Assembly: GCA_012295275.1 (NCBI GenBank)
Contig: CM022677.1
Span: 18,786,001 to 18,850,000 of the forward strand
Origin: Chrysomallon squamiferum
Taxonomy: Eukaryota; Animalia; Mollusca
Length of the DNA: 64,000 nt
Direction: 5' to 3'
Below are positions 53,701-64,000 of the stretch, piece after piece. How positions within the stretch are numbered: the stretch's first letter is position 1; the number at the start of each line of letters is the position of its first letter. A program made the position numbers and the translations under genes. The notes beneath the pieces are model-generated. The model made no database searches and had not been told where the DNA came from. It worked only from the letters and a program-made list of their open reading frames with translations.

Positions 53701-56700
53701 CACTTTCGCTTACAAATGCTTCTCTGTGATCTATCTCTTGTTCTGCTGTTTCTGCTTCTGTCTCTGTGGGCGAGGCATCAGAGACATCATCACTTTCACT
53801 TACAAATTCCTCTTTACGATCTATTTCTTCTTCTTTGTATTCTGTTTCTGTTTCTTCACTTACTATCATTTCTTCTGCTGCTTCTGGTCCTTCTGCTTCT
53901 GTTTCTTTGGGCAACATATCAGAGATGTCGTCACTTTCACTTGTAAACTGCTCTTTACGATCTATCTCTTCTTCTTTGTCTTCTGTTTCTGTTTCTTCAC
54001 CCTCTATCTTTTCTTCTGCTGCTTCTGGTCCTTCTGTTTCTGTATCCTTAATCAACGCATCGCTGATGATTTCGTCACTTTCACTTACAAATTGCTCTTT
54101 ACGATCTATCTCTTCTTCTTTGCATTCTACTTCTATTTCTTCACTCTCTGTCATTTGCTCTTCTGCTTCTGGTCCTTCAGCTTCTGTCTCTTTGGGCAAA
54201 GCTTCACTGATGACGTCACTTTCACTTACAAATTCCTCTGTATGTTCCATCTCATCTTCCACAGCTTCTTTCCCTGTTTCTACTGACAACACACCACTGG
54301 ACACATCTTTCTGCAACACATTCTCTTCAAAACTTAACAGCTCATCAAATTTCTTCTCCAACAAAGATGAATCTGGACCGGCTTCTGTTGATGTATCATC
54401 TGTTTTAAACAGCTCTACGTTTTGTTCTTCATGGAGCTGAGAAGACGGTTCTTGTTGAAGCTCTGAACCAGCAGGAATCAGAACATCACTGACGTCTGCA
54501 GTAGATTCTAACAGTTCTTTCTTTTGTTCGGGCTTGGATGATGCATCTTCTTGTTCAACACGTTCATCCAGATGAAGGAACGATTCAGAAATTTCGGTGT
54601 CGATCGCCGTTGACTCAGAAGCCAGAAATCCTTGTTCGTCAGTGGATGATGAATCGTCTACGATCTGATGGCTGGTTGTAGCCAGCTGCGTGTCCGAAGA
54701 GCCACCGAAGACAATGGACAACGAATGTCTAAGATTCTGAAGCTGGTCGTTATAATTGTCCACTGAGGTTCCAGCTTCATCGGCTGAAGTACCTGTTTCG
54801 AACGAAGACTCTTCCCCTGCTAGATTTACATCTTTGTCGACTGAACTGCTGGCTTCATCAACTGATGTCTCAACATCAACTGGTGTACCGAAATAATCAA
54901 TTGATGTACCAGTGCTGTGAAGTGAAGCTTCCGTCACATCAACTGATGTACCAATATCATCAACGGAAGATCCAGCGTCATCAACTGAAGTACCAGCCAT
55001 ATCTACTGATGTACCAGCATAATCCTTTCTGTCGACAGATGTACCTGCACCGTCATCTGAAGTATCAGCTCTATCGACAGGGGTACCATATTCATCGACT
55101 GAAGTTCCAGCTTGAATTTCATCAACGGATCCGTAAGAGTATTCCATTTCTTCTGTTTCAGGATTGTAAACTGCGAATAGCCACCGTTCAGAATCTACAG
55201 CTGTTTCTTTTGTCTCCTGTTTGTCTTTATCAGTGTCATCGTCCGTGATAATTTCATGCCTGTGTGAAGCGTCTTGGTGTGCTTGAGTTATTAGTGAAGA
55301 CTGTGCCAACTCTTCCAGTGTTGGTATCAGACGTTTGTCTGTTTGACTTTCTTTGCCTCCATCTTCGTCAACCATATGACTTTCTGTAGAACACGACGGT
55401 TCGTCCGTGTCATATTTATCGACCAGAATATCATGCAACTCTTCAACAAGTTCGGTTGTTTCTGCTCTGCATTCTCCAGCGGCGACACTCTCATCCGACT
55501 GCTGCTGAATTACTGATATATCAGCGAATGGAATCTGCTGGACAAGTTCTTCTATCTGGTCTATGATTTCTGAAGGTTTTTTAGTCTCATCAGCCATTCC
55601 CTTTTCATCTTCAGACATAAACCGAGGAGTTTCTTCCAACTGGGCTTCTGGGCTTCTTTGGAATCTTCATCGACGTATCTCTCAGATTCAAAAATATCCA
55701 TATCTTGTTTGGTCTGTTTTAATTCTAGTTCAAAAGAATCAGTTTCTTTTTGTAACTCCTGGTCTACCTGGAAATCCTCTTTACTGACTTGATCAGATAA
55801 CTCCTCGTCATCTTGTTGTACAGTGTCCATCGATTCCTTACCTTCTTCTTGTTGATTCTTAATTGACTCCAGTTCATCAGGTTCTCCATAAAATGTTTCA
55901 GCCTCTTCAGTTATTGCTTGGACGTCCTCCTCTTCTTCAGGTTTCTTTTGTTCAGTTATTTGTTCTTCAATATTTAGTTTTTCGCCTTCATCCTCTTCTT
56001 TCTCTTGTTCTTGAATAGTCCTCAAGTGTTTGTCTTTTATTTCATACCCTTCCATTTCATCTGTTGTTGCTTCCGACACATGTACATCAAATTCGTGTTC
56101 TTTAGGTGCTTGTTCTGTTTCTTCTTTCATCTCTCCTCCTGTCAATTCTTTTTCACTTTGCTCTGCACCTTCTATAGACGTGTCTATTTTGTCCTCTTTT
56201 AAATCCAGTTGATCGATAGCTTCATATTCGTATCTCTTTCTCTGCTGATTCTCATCATCATCAGCAGCAGCAGCTGCTGCATCATCAGCATCCTCAAGTC
56301 AAGCCGTTGATTCAGAATCTTTAACGTCGACATCTACATCAGCCATGAGGTCCTCTTCATCATCATCAAGGATGTCGCCGCTGGAAACATCAGAGTTTGA
56401 TATCGACAGCTGAATCTGACGCCCTCGTTGGATTTCGGTTACTGTGACTAGAAAGTCAGATGTAATCTTTTTCCAGTCTGTGTTCTCTGGAAAATATCGT
56501 GGAATGTCACTGAGACATGCATTTTCGGAATCTGAAACGTCTTGTTCGTCTGCTACGGACTCTTGTTCAGTTAATCTGGCTCGATAATGTTCACCTGAGT
56601 CTTCGGTAAAAGTTACTTCGGAAGACCCATCAGGAATTCGATCTGCCTGTTCGTCTGGTGCAATTTGATCTGTGATTTCTTGTTCTAAAAATTGCTCTTC

Positions 56701-59700
56701 TTTATAAAATTGTTCTTCGTCCCAAGATGATACTTGTGGTGTTTCTTTATAATCCAGTGAGGCATCTGTAACATTATCCTCTAATTGTGTCATTTCTTCC
56801 CGACTGACTTGATGTTCTTGTGGTGCTTCTTCGTCCTGAGTCATCTTTTCATAATCCAGTTTACCTTCACGATCTGGAGAACCACTCTCAGTTAATTGCT
56901 GTGGTTGTTCCTCTTCTGTGATATCTTTATCTGGATGAATCTCATCTTGAAGATCAGATGACATTTCCAAGTCTTTATGTACTTCTGGTTCCTCTTCGGT
57001 TCTGTCTTGTTTCATTTCTGCACCTAAGTGTAACTCGTCCTTCTGCGAGTAGTCTTCAGACTCGGCTGTTGATTCATAATCTCTCAAATCAAACTCTTGT
57101 TGTTCATGTTCTGAAATTGAACTGATCTTTTCTTCCAATATTTCAGAACTGATTTTCTGCATGGAGGTTATTTCTGAATCTGAGCACGTATCTGCGTGAG
57201 CTTTAGTCAACCTGTCAGCTTTTTCAAGCCGGAACAGTTTCTTGAGCTTCTTCCTCTGTGAGTTCTTTGACCTCAACATCTGGCGTTATCTCAGATTTGG
57301 ATTCTTCCACTGTGTCTGCAACCTGAACGGTCTGTTGTTCATCCTGTTCCAATACGTCAGTTTGTTCTTCAAGTACACTGGTTTCGAGATCTTCTGCTTC
57401 ACTCTGAACTGTTTCAGTTTTGTCCTGAAATTCTGTGCCATGAGTTTCTTCAGCAGGTGCAGTTGTTTGCATTGTGTCAGATTCAGGCTCAGCAGTTTCA
57501 CCCTTTTGTTCTTCCACTGCTCCCTCAATAAGTTCATCAGACATCACTGTTTCGAGATGATCACTTTCTGTTTGTGCTGTTTCAAAATGTTCTCGTTCTT
57601 CTGTAACATCGGTCTGTTCCTCAGAGAGAGTAGTTTTTTCAGTGAATTTTTCACCCATAGTTGAAGACATCTCACTGACTTCAGATTGCTTCTCTTCAAA
57701 GTATTTGTTGATTTCAGTGGAGAACTCACTCTTGAAGACCACAGATACTACTGTGGCTGTGCTGGTGGACCTGTCATGCTGACTGTACATCTCAGGAGTG
57801 TAGTCAAATCTCACTTCAGACTCATCCTGCTCACCTTCGGTGAGCTGACTCACGTCCAGTCTGCTTTTGGAGCATTCAGACTCGGTGTCGACTCCGAACA
57901 CGCTATCGTCCATGTCTGAGTGAGTGTAACTGAGGCTTCGTTCATCCTCTGAAGGCAGCTCGACCAGGGCCAAGTTGGGAAAGAATTTGTGTTCCGTGGA
58001 AGACGTGATGGTCGGAGTCGTTGACGAGGTCGTTCCATCACTGAGGTAGTTTTCTATCATGTAGCAGGAGGTGCTGGTGTAGTGTTTTCTGCCTCCTTCT
58101 TCGTCATATTCTTGCTCTAAATCTTCCCTGTCGACTTTCTCTTCTCTCAAATCACATATTTCGTATTCTTTCTGTTGATATTCTACCTCTTCAGTTTCTA
58201 TCTCTTCCACATTTCTCTGTAGGTGTTCAGCTGTTTCCATATCCAAATGCTTTTCTTGTTTGTCCAAGTCTTTTACTTCTCCAGAAGGTTCTACTTCTTC
58301 TTTACCTGAAGCATCAACTGAACTTGATTGTGGTTTAGCAGCACCAATCTCTATAGATATTTCAGAGACTTGTCGCGTGAACTGCAGAGGTTTTCTTTGC
58401 TGATCCAGTTCGTAAGATATTTCTGCTGGACCGTCACCTGATTCTTTTTCTTTTTCAAAGTCGATGGAAATTTCACTCTCAAATATCGCTGGTCTTCCTT
58501 CGTCGTCAAGCTTCACAGATAACTCTGATATTTGTCCTTCGTACTGTAATTGTCTGTCTTTGGGATAAGTTAGTGTGTCTTCGACAGGGATCCCATCGTC
58601 AGCAGGTGAGTCTAGCGAAATTACATCAGTGGTTTTAATAACTCCAGTTTCCATATGTGATTCTTCTGATAGTGTCTCAAATGAAATTATTTCAATGTCT
58701 TTCACAAGAGAAGCCATTTCAAACTGAATTTCAGTTGAATCGTCTGCAACAGAGCTTTCTTTCTCTGTTGCTAAATCTTCTGCTTCATCCAGAACCTTTT
58801 CGTTAAGACAAACTTCGGTTCTTGATGTCTCTTCACTGAGTGAAATTTCTTCTTCCACAGGAACGTATTCCAATAAAGTTTGTGTCCTTTCTTCTTCAGC
58901 TACTGCAGGTTGTGGCTGAGCATCCCAAGAGGATACATCAGGGTATGGGACGACCTGAATCATGTCTGAATCAGAGACGCTGGACGTTTCTGTTTGAATC
59001 TGAAAATCGTAATCTGAAGAAGTCAGCGAATCTCTAACAGAGTCCTCTGTCTCCGTCTTCAAGTTTTTCCCATCAATGAAATAAAGAGTTTCAAGCTTAA
59101 ACAACAGAGCCTCGGATTCCTTGATTTCTGGGGCATGTTTTGTCGTCATCTGTGTATAGGCGTCAGGCTGACTCGTAAAATAGCCTGAACCAATGAACTG
59201 GACGTTGTCACCCATGTCCTCGTCTATGACAGCTTCAGTAGCTTGATAATACTGGATTTGTTCAGGTTTTGTTGTTACTTTGTGATCAGCGGTCTCTGAC
59301 GCGATTGTTTCATCGCATGCATCTTCATAAACAACTGCATCAGCTTCTCCTGTTTCGTATCTTTCATCTTTGCTTATTCCTTCCTCCTCGTAAGCATATT
59401 GATCTTTCTGGAAACGTTCTTCTGGTGCTGCGAATGTTTCATAATATTCAGAAATCAGTTCGTCATCTGTCTGTTTCATTTCCTGATATTCCTGTTTCAT
59501 TTCAAAGTCTTCTTTGGTTTCTTCAGATTCAGTTATAAATTCCTCTCTATGATCTATCGTCTGCTCATCTTTAGAAACACTAATTTCAGCTTCGGAATCT
59601 TCTCTTTCTGGAGCCTCAGAGACGTCAACGTCCCCTGATTCAACAGTTACAAGATTGTTATTTATTTCTGAATCATATGCTGGCTCAGTGCGACTGATTT

Positions 59701-62700
59701 CTGTAATTTCTTTCTCTGCTGCGGCAGATTCTTCTCCGGTAGCTGTTTCAGATTCGCCAAGTATTGCTAAGTCGTCGACTTCTTCTGATTTCACTGATTC
59801 TGGTGGGACTTTGATTACAGTTTGAGTCTGTTCGGTAACGTCACCTACCAGTTCAGGTTCATCTACATTGATGTTTCAGGTTCATCTGTTGATTCAGGTT
59901 CAGAAGATTTAGTATCATCAGTGTCGTCAACCACTGTCGGTTCAGTAACAAGATATGTTTCAGTTTCGTCTTTCGTGTCTGTCTCACCTGATAGAAAATC
60001 CTGGATTTCTGTCTCACTTGGTTCAACTATTAATGTTTCGAATTCTGAGACTCTTTCGTCAAATTCAGAAAGTCGAGTTTCGGTTTCAGAATCTCGAATT
60101 TCGGTTTCAGTTGTTTCAGCTAGTAATGTTTCTTCTCTTGAGACACTTTCTTTTGGAATTTCTCTTTCAGATGGTTCAGAAACATCTTCAAGTATTTGTG
60201 TTAGGCTCTTGATGGCTTCTGCATCTTCAGTTTGAATTTCAGAAACATCATCACTGACTACTCTTTCTTCTGAGACATGCTCAATAAATTCTTCGTCTGG
60301 AATTTCAGTTTCAGTAGACTGAGTAATATCATCATGTAATAACTGATCAACGAATTCAGTTTCAGGTTTTCCATGATCAGTGTCTTCAACATTAACTGAG
60401 GTTTCTTCTTTTGTGACTGTTTTAACGAAATGGTCCTCTTCTGTTTCAAATTCTGTTGATTCAATCACAACCTGCTCAACCATTTCATCTTCAGAGGCCA
60501 TTTCAAGCAACTGTTTGTCCTGCATTTCCACTACTTCTGGTTCAGCAACGTGTGCTTTAACTTCATGTGTTGAAACAGTTTCAGCAAGTTCGTTATACTG
60601 TGTTTCTGTGTCAGCCGGTTCAGTTGCTTCACGTGTTTCATTTTCATCTTTATCTATTGTTTCAACTTCTTCAGATTCTTTTGAAGGTTTAGAAATCTGA
60701 GTACTTTCTGTTATAGCTTCAGATAAAGTTTCTTCTCTTGAAACCTGTAACGTGCTTTGGAATGTTTCAGATGTACCTGGTTCACTATCAGCAACATCTG
60801 TCAAGGAATCGGCGACTTCAGAAGTTTCTTTTTCTTCTTGTTGAGTTACTTCGGGTTCATCTTCACGTCCTTCTGACAATTCAACGCATACTTTGTCGTC
60901 TTCTGTCGTTTTTTCTGGAAGCGAGTCTTCCTCGACAATCTTATAGTCTTCTGCAACTCCCTGAGCCATTGCTTCTTCAGTCAGCACCGCCATTTCATCA
61001 CTGGTTGTTATCTGGTCAGAAAGATCCTTTGTTATTTCTGATTTTTCACAAACTTCCTTTTCTACAACTTCCGTAGTTTTTGCTTCTTCGGTCATGAAAG
61101 ATGTTTCTTCACTGGTTTTTGTTTGATCAGGAATGTCCCTTTCGACGTCTAATTCTTCATAATCTTGCTCAGTTCTTATTATTGTGTCTTCTTCTTGGTG
61201 ATCGTCTGCTACGATCTGCGATTCGTCATCTTTCTTACATTCTGCTTCTTCGAGAGCTGCTGCTATTTCCTCACTAAATTCATACTCCTGTCTTTCTTCT
61301 CTGGTCGCCATTTTCTCATCCATCGTTATTTCTGATTCACCTGAACGTTTCTCGTCTTCTGCTTCTACTACAGGTTGCGGTTTTTCTGTGGCATCTGTCG
61401 CTTTTGTTGTATCATCAACTTCATCTTCTTTTTCTTCGCTAATCTTCATTTCTGTTGATACATCCATTATGATTTCTGAATCATCAACGACTTTATCTTC
61501 TTTTCCTTGACGGATCTCAATTTCTTTTGGAACATCCGTCGTCTTTGTTTGTTCTGCAGGATACTGAACCGACACCATCTCTACCAGATCTGATATTAGT
61601 TCCTTCGACATTGCGTCATGCGCAAACGGGTCACTGGCTGGATAATCCGGTGACGATATCTCAACCAGGTCACAGATTAGCTCTTTGGAAGGAACATCAG
61701 CTGGGAGATGTGTCACAGTAGCTGCTTCGTCTGAAGACCGATAAGTTAAGGAATCAAATGAAGCTAAGTCCTGAGACAGCATCATTTCCTTGTCCATCTC
61801 GGTGACAATGGTCTGGACGTATTCCTTTCTCTCTTCGAAATCTTCGTCTGGACACTCGACTTCCACTGATTCAATCAGTTCTGTTATTTCAACACGACTC
61901 TCTCCGGCATAGCTTACTGATGCCTCTTCAAAAGCAGGACCTGTTTTTTCGTCAATGTCTTTTACGATTGTCTGAATGAAAACCTGTTTGCCGTGTTCTT
62001 CAGCGTCTGTTAGTTCGGTTGTCTTGGTTACCTGAATTATGCTGGCTCCCTCCGCGGTCGTCATGGTTTCATCATGAGAGATGTCAAGCATCATCGATTC
62101 ATCTTCAGGACTGAATAAAGTAGAAGTGTCGTGTTCACTCTGAATCATTCCTGCCGAAGATTCATCATATTTTCTTTCCTCTTCATGTTGTTTGTGCTCT
62201 ACCAGTTCACCTGTGTCTTGTTTCTCCTCTGTAAAAATGTGGATACTGGACGAATCTTCGTATTTTGCCAAACTAGAAATGTCTTCTTCATCGTGAATCA
62301 TTTCCTCAAAAGTTTCGTCCAATTTGCTCTGCAGATCAAGACTTTCTTCTTCTTCCGTTTTACTGGAATCTTGCAAATCTTTGTGAATAATTTCCTCTTC
62401 AGGCGTTTCTGAACTAATTGTTTCTTGTTGAATCGTTTCTCCGGTGGTTTCATCAATTTTATTCTCTCTTTCTTCACGCTGTTCTTTGACTTGCAATTGT
62501 GTTTCAAGTTCACTGTACGATTCTGAATCAGCAGTAAGCATTTTATCTTCCTTTGCCTCCTCACTAGACTCAACAAGCTGCAAATCGTCCTTAGTTTCAG
62601 ACAGAAACTGACTCAGTTTCTCGAGAACTTTTGCTTCAGAAATATCTTCCGAACTGGAAGACAAAGCAACTTGTCTTTGCTCTGAAACTGAAGCATCAGA

Positions 62701-63044
62701 AACTGAGGACGAAACGAGAGTCTCTTGTTCTGACGTCACTCTTTGTCCTTCTGGTGCAGCTGCTGCTTCAGAAGCGTCTTCAGAGCTGGATGAGACGATG
62801 GCGTCTCTAGGAACAGTCCGGTTTGCTATGATGGTCTCAATCTCGGAAAGGAGATCGTAAATCTCGGACTCAAGCTGTATGCGTTTCTGCAGATGGTCCT
62901 GTAGTTCCGCCTCGGGTCTGGTGTCGTTGTCAAGCGACTGGTGTCGTCTCTGTCGCGTCGTCGTACATACGTCTCCCACGCCGTCAGCATCGTCTTTCCG
63001 TTCAGAAATAGGGGCTTCTGTGTCGGCAATCTTGATATCTTCAT
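44711..63044 (-). CDS. Giant ~18.3-kb exon (~6100 codons) encoding an E/D/T/S-rich, largely disordered, repeat-containing region; family not identified (giant ankyrin/MAP-like hypothesis)
   Basis: atcAG acceptor 63045-63046, GTgagt donor 44710-44705; seven abutting long ORFs of uniform composition, with no intron-like AT-rich or microsatellite DNA between them. Confidence 0.8.
47333..47720 (-). repeat. Coding 48-bp tandem repeat, 8 copies of (L/V)EDQTEMLSEEKT(V/F)xx
   Basis: Visible in DNA and in the 2093-aa ORF. Confidence 0.92.
49011..52369 (-). repeat. Coding 30-bp tandem repeat, ~110 copies of QETEITTDVE-type decapeptide
   Basis: 30-nt period (tcagtttcttgttcaacatctgttgtgatt) with a few 33-nt variants; frame preserved throughout. 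Confidence 0.96.
53140..54260 (-). repeat. Coding variable-length repeat with core EIDRKEEFVSESDVIxDALPxET, ~12 copies
   Basis: Recurring gacgtcactttcacttacaaa core. Confidence 0.9.
54755..55130 (-). repeat. Coding ~21-bp repeat (xxGTSVD heptapeptide), degenerate
   Basis: GTSVD/GTPVD/GSSVD recurring in the 731-aa ORF. Confidence 0.8.
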
Positions 63045-63458
63045 CTGATAATGGTAATGATGATGATGATAATAATAATAATAACAACAACAACAACAAC
63101 AACAACAAAAACAACAACAATAATAATAGTAATAATGATGATGATAACAGTGATAATAGCCGTTGTTATTAATAACAATATTCAAATTAAAATTCAAAAG
63201 TAATCTTTTGTATATTCAATTACTCTCTCTCTCTCTTATTTCTCATTCGCTCTGCAAATCTATTCCTTTTTCTTTCACACACGCACACACACACACACAC
63301 ATCATTACTTTCTCCCTTACACGCTGACACCAGGCATTTAGACACACAAAAAAAAAAAAACAGGCATAAATCTACACCCAGTGATACTGAACAAAAACAA
63401 AACTCTGGAATAAAAAACAAAAGAAAAAGAAAAAGAAAAAAGTGAATGTTTCTCTCAC

Positions 63459-64000
63459 CATGACACACATCAGCACACGCATCGTCCGCGGACTTCTCTT
63501 CACCAGACTCGAGGAAAGAGCCACCATGTTGGATCGACCGTGTGACGTCCTGTGAAACGTCTACGAAAGTGTCAACGGCGTCCTGATGGAAGCCAGGCTC
63601 GTCTGCAGACCGCTCCACGTCTGAGGAAACATTTCCCTCCTCCTCCTCCATGAACTGTCCAGAAGTTCTTGTTTCCTCAGATTCAGCGACCTGTTCTGAT
63701 GGTTCGGCATCTGTCTCATCCTGCTCTGTATCTGATTCAGCTTGTTTTGAATCGTAGTCTCTTGTTTTTGTCTGAACATCTTGTACCTCTGGTTCAGCTC
63801 TTGTTGATTCTTCTGAGACCGCATGCTGTTCGTCTGATTCTTCGACTGTTTCAGGCTGCTGTTTCTCCGATTCAGTTCGAATTGATTCATCGTCTGTTTG
63901 TTCTATCTCTCGTTCAGCATGCGTTGATTCTTCTGATTCGAGGTTCTGCTCCCTTGATTCAACATATATTTCAACACGTTCTATTTCTGATTCATCTTGT
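63459..64000 (-). CDS. Upstream acidic coding exon of the giant protein gene, 5'-truncated by the window edge (...QFMEEEEGNVSSDVERS...ACADVCH)
   Basis: Open frame from window end to G|GTgaga donor at 63458-63457; phase 1 matches acceptor of the giant exon. Confidence 0.8.

Noticed and set aside
56299-56301. Selenocysteine reading of the in-frame TGA
   Set aside because: Acidic low-complexity context with no redox motif and no SECIS recognised by eye; a SECIS search of the 3' UTR would be needed to exclude it formally.
44711-63044. Assigning a gene symbol (ANK2, futsch, titin, nesprin) to the giant gene
   Set aside because: No diagnostic domain lies within the window; the resemblance is architectural only.
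63047-63120. Apparent signal peptide MLLFLLLLLL... at the start of the 1085-aa ORF
   Set aside because: Translated from an intronic (TTG/TTA/TCA)n microsatellite upstream of the real acceptor at 63045-63046.
44703-63120. Seven separate genes, or programmed ribosomal frameshifting, for the abutting long ORFs
   Set aside because: No intergenic or intronic sequence between them, uniform composition, no X XXY YYZ slippery sites recognised, and single-base homopolymer corrections rejoin most of them.

Overview
Very AT-rich, microsatellite-dense eukaryotic (metazoan, probably invertebrate) genomic DNA containing three spliced genes; nothing here looks prokaryotic. (1) + strand 222-8624: the last 9 coding exons of a mitochondrial sulfide:quinone oxidoreductase (SQOR); its 5' end lies upstream of the window. 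(2) - strand 26196-18061: complete 11-exon CDS of the CTD small phosphatase CTDSPL2/SCP4, with a probable non-coding first exon and housekeeping promoter near 36.4 kb. It is tail-to-tail with SQOR. (3) - strand >64000-~42960: the 3' part of an unidentified giant acidic protein gene. It has one ~18.3-kb phase-1/phase-1 exon (44711-63044), a ~110-copy 10-aa repeat and a basic C-terminal exon, an architecture resembling giant ankyrins/MAPs. It is broken by mostly 1-nt homopolymer deletions (probably assembly errors) and one clean in-frame TGA. The most unusual signals are intronic tandem 'echoes' of real exon-intron junctions (two form intact in-frame 30-nt candidate micro-exons), a divergent SQOR lacking a conserved C-terminal Lys, a palindrome array and alternative C-terminus directly behind the CTDSPL2 stop, and a TTAA-flanked piggyBac-like mini-element with an amplified left end. 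Exon boundaries were set by hand from GT/AG sites and frame continuity. Homologue comparisons are from memory of the human proteins, not from a search.
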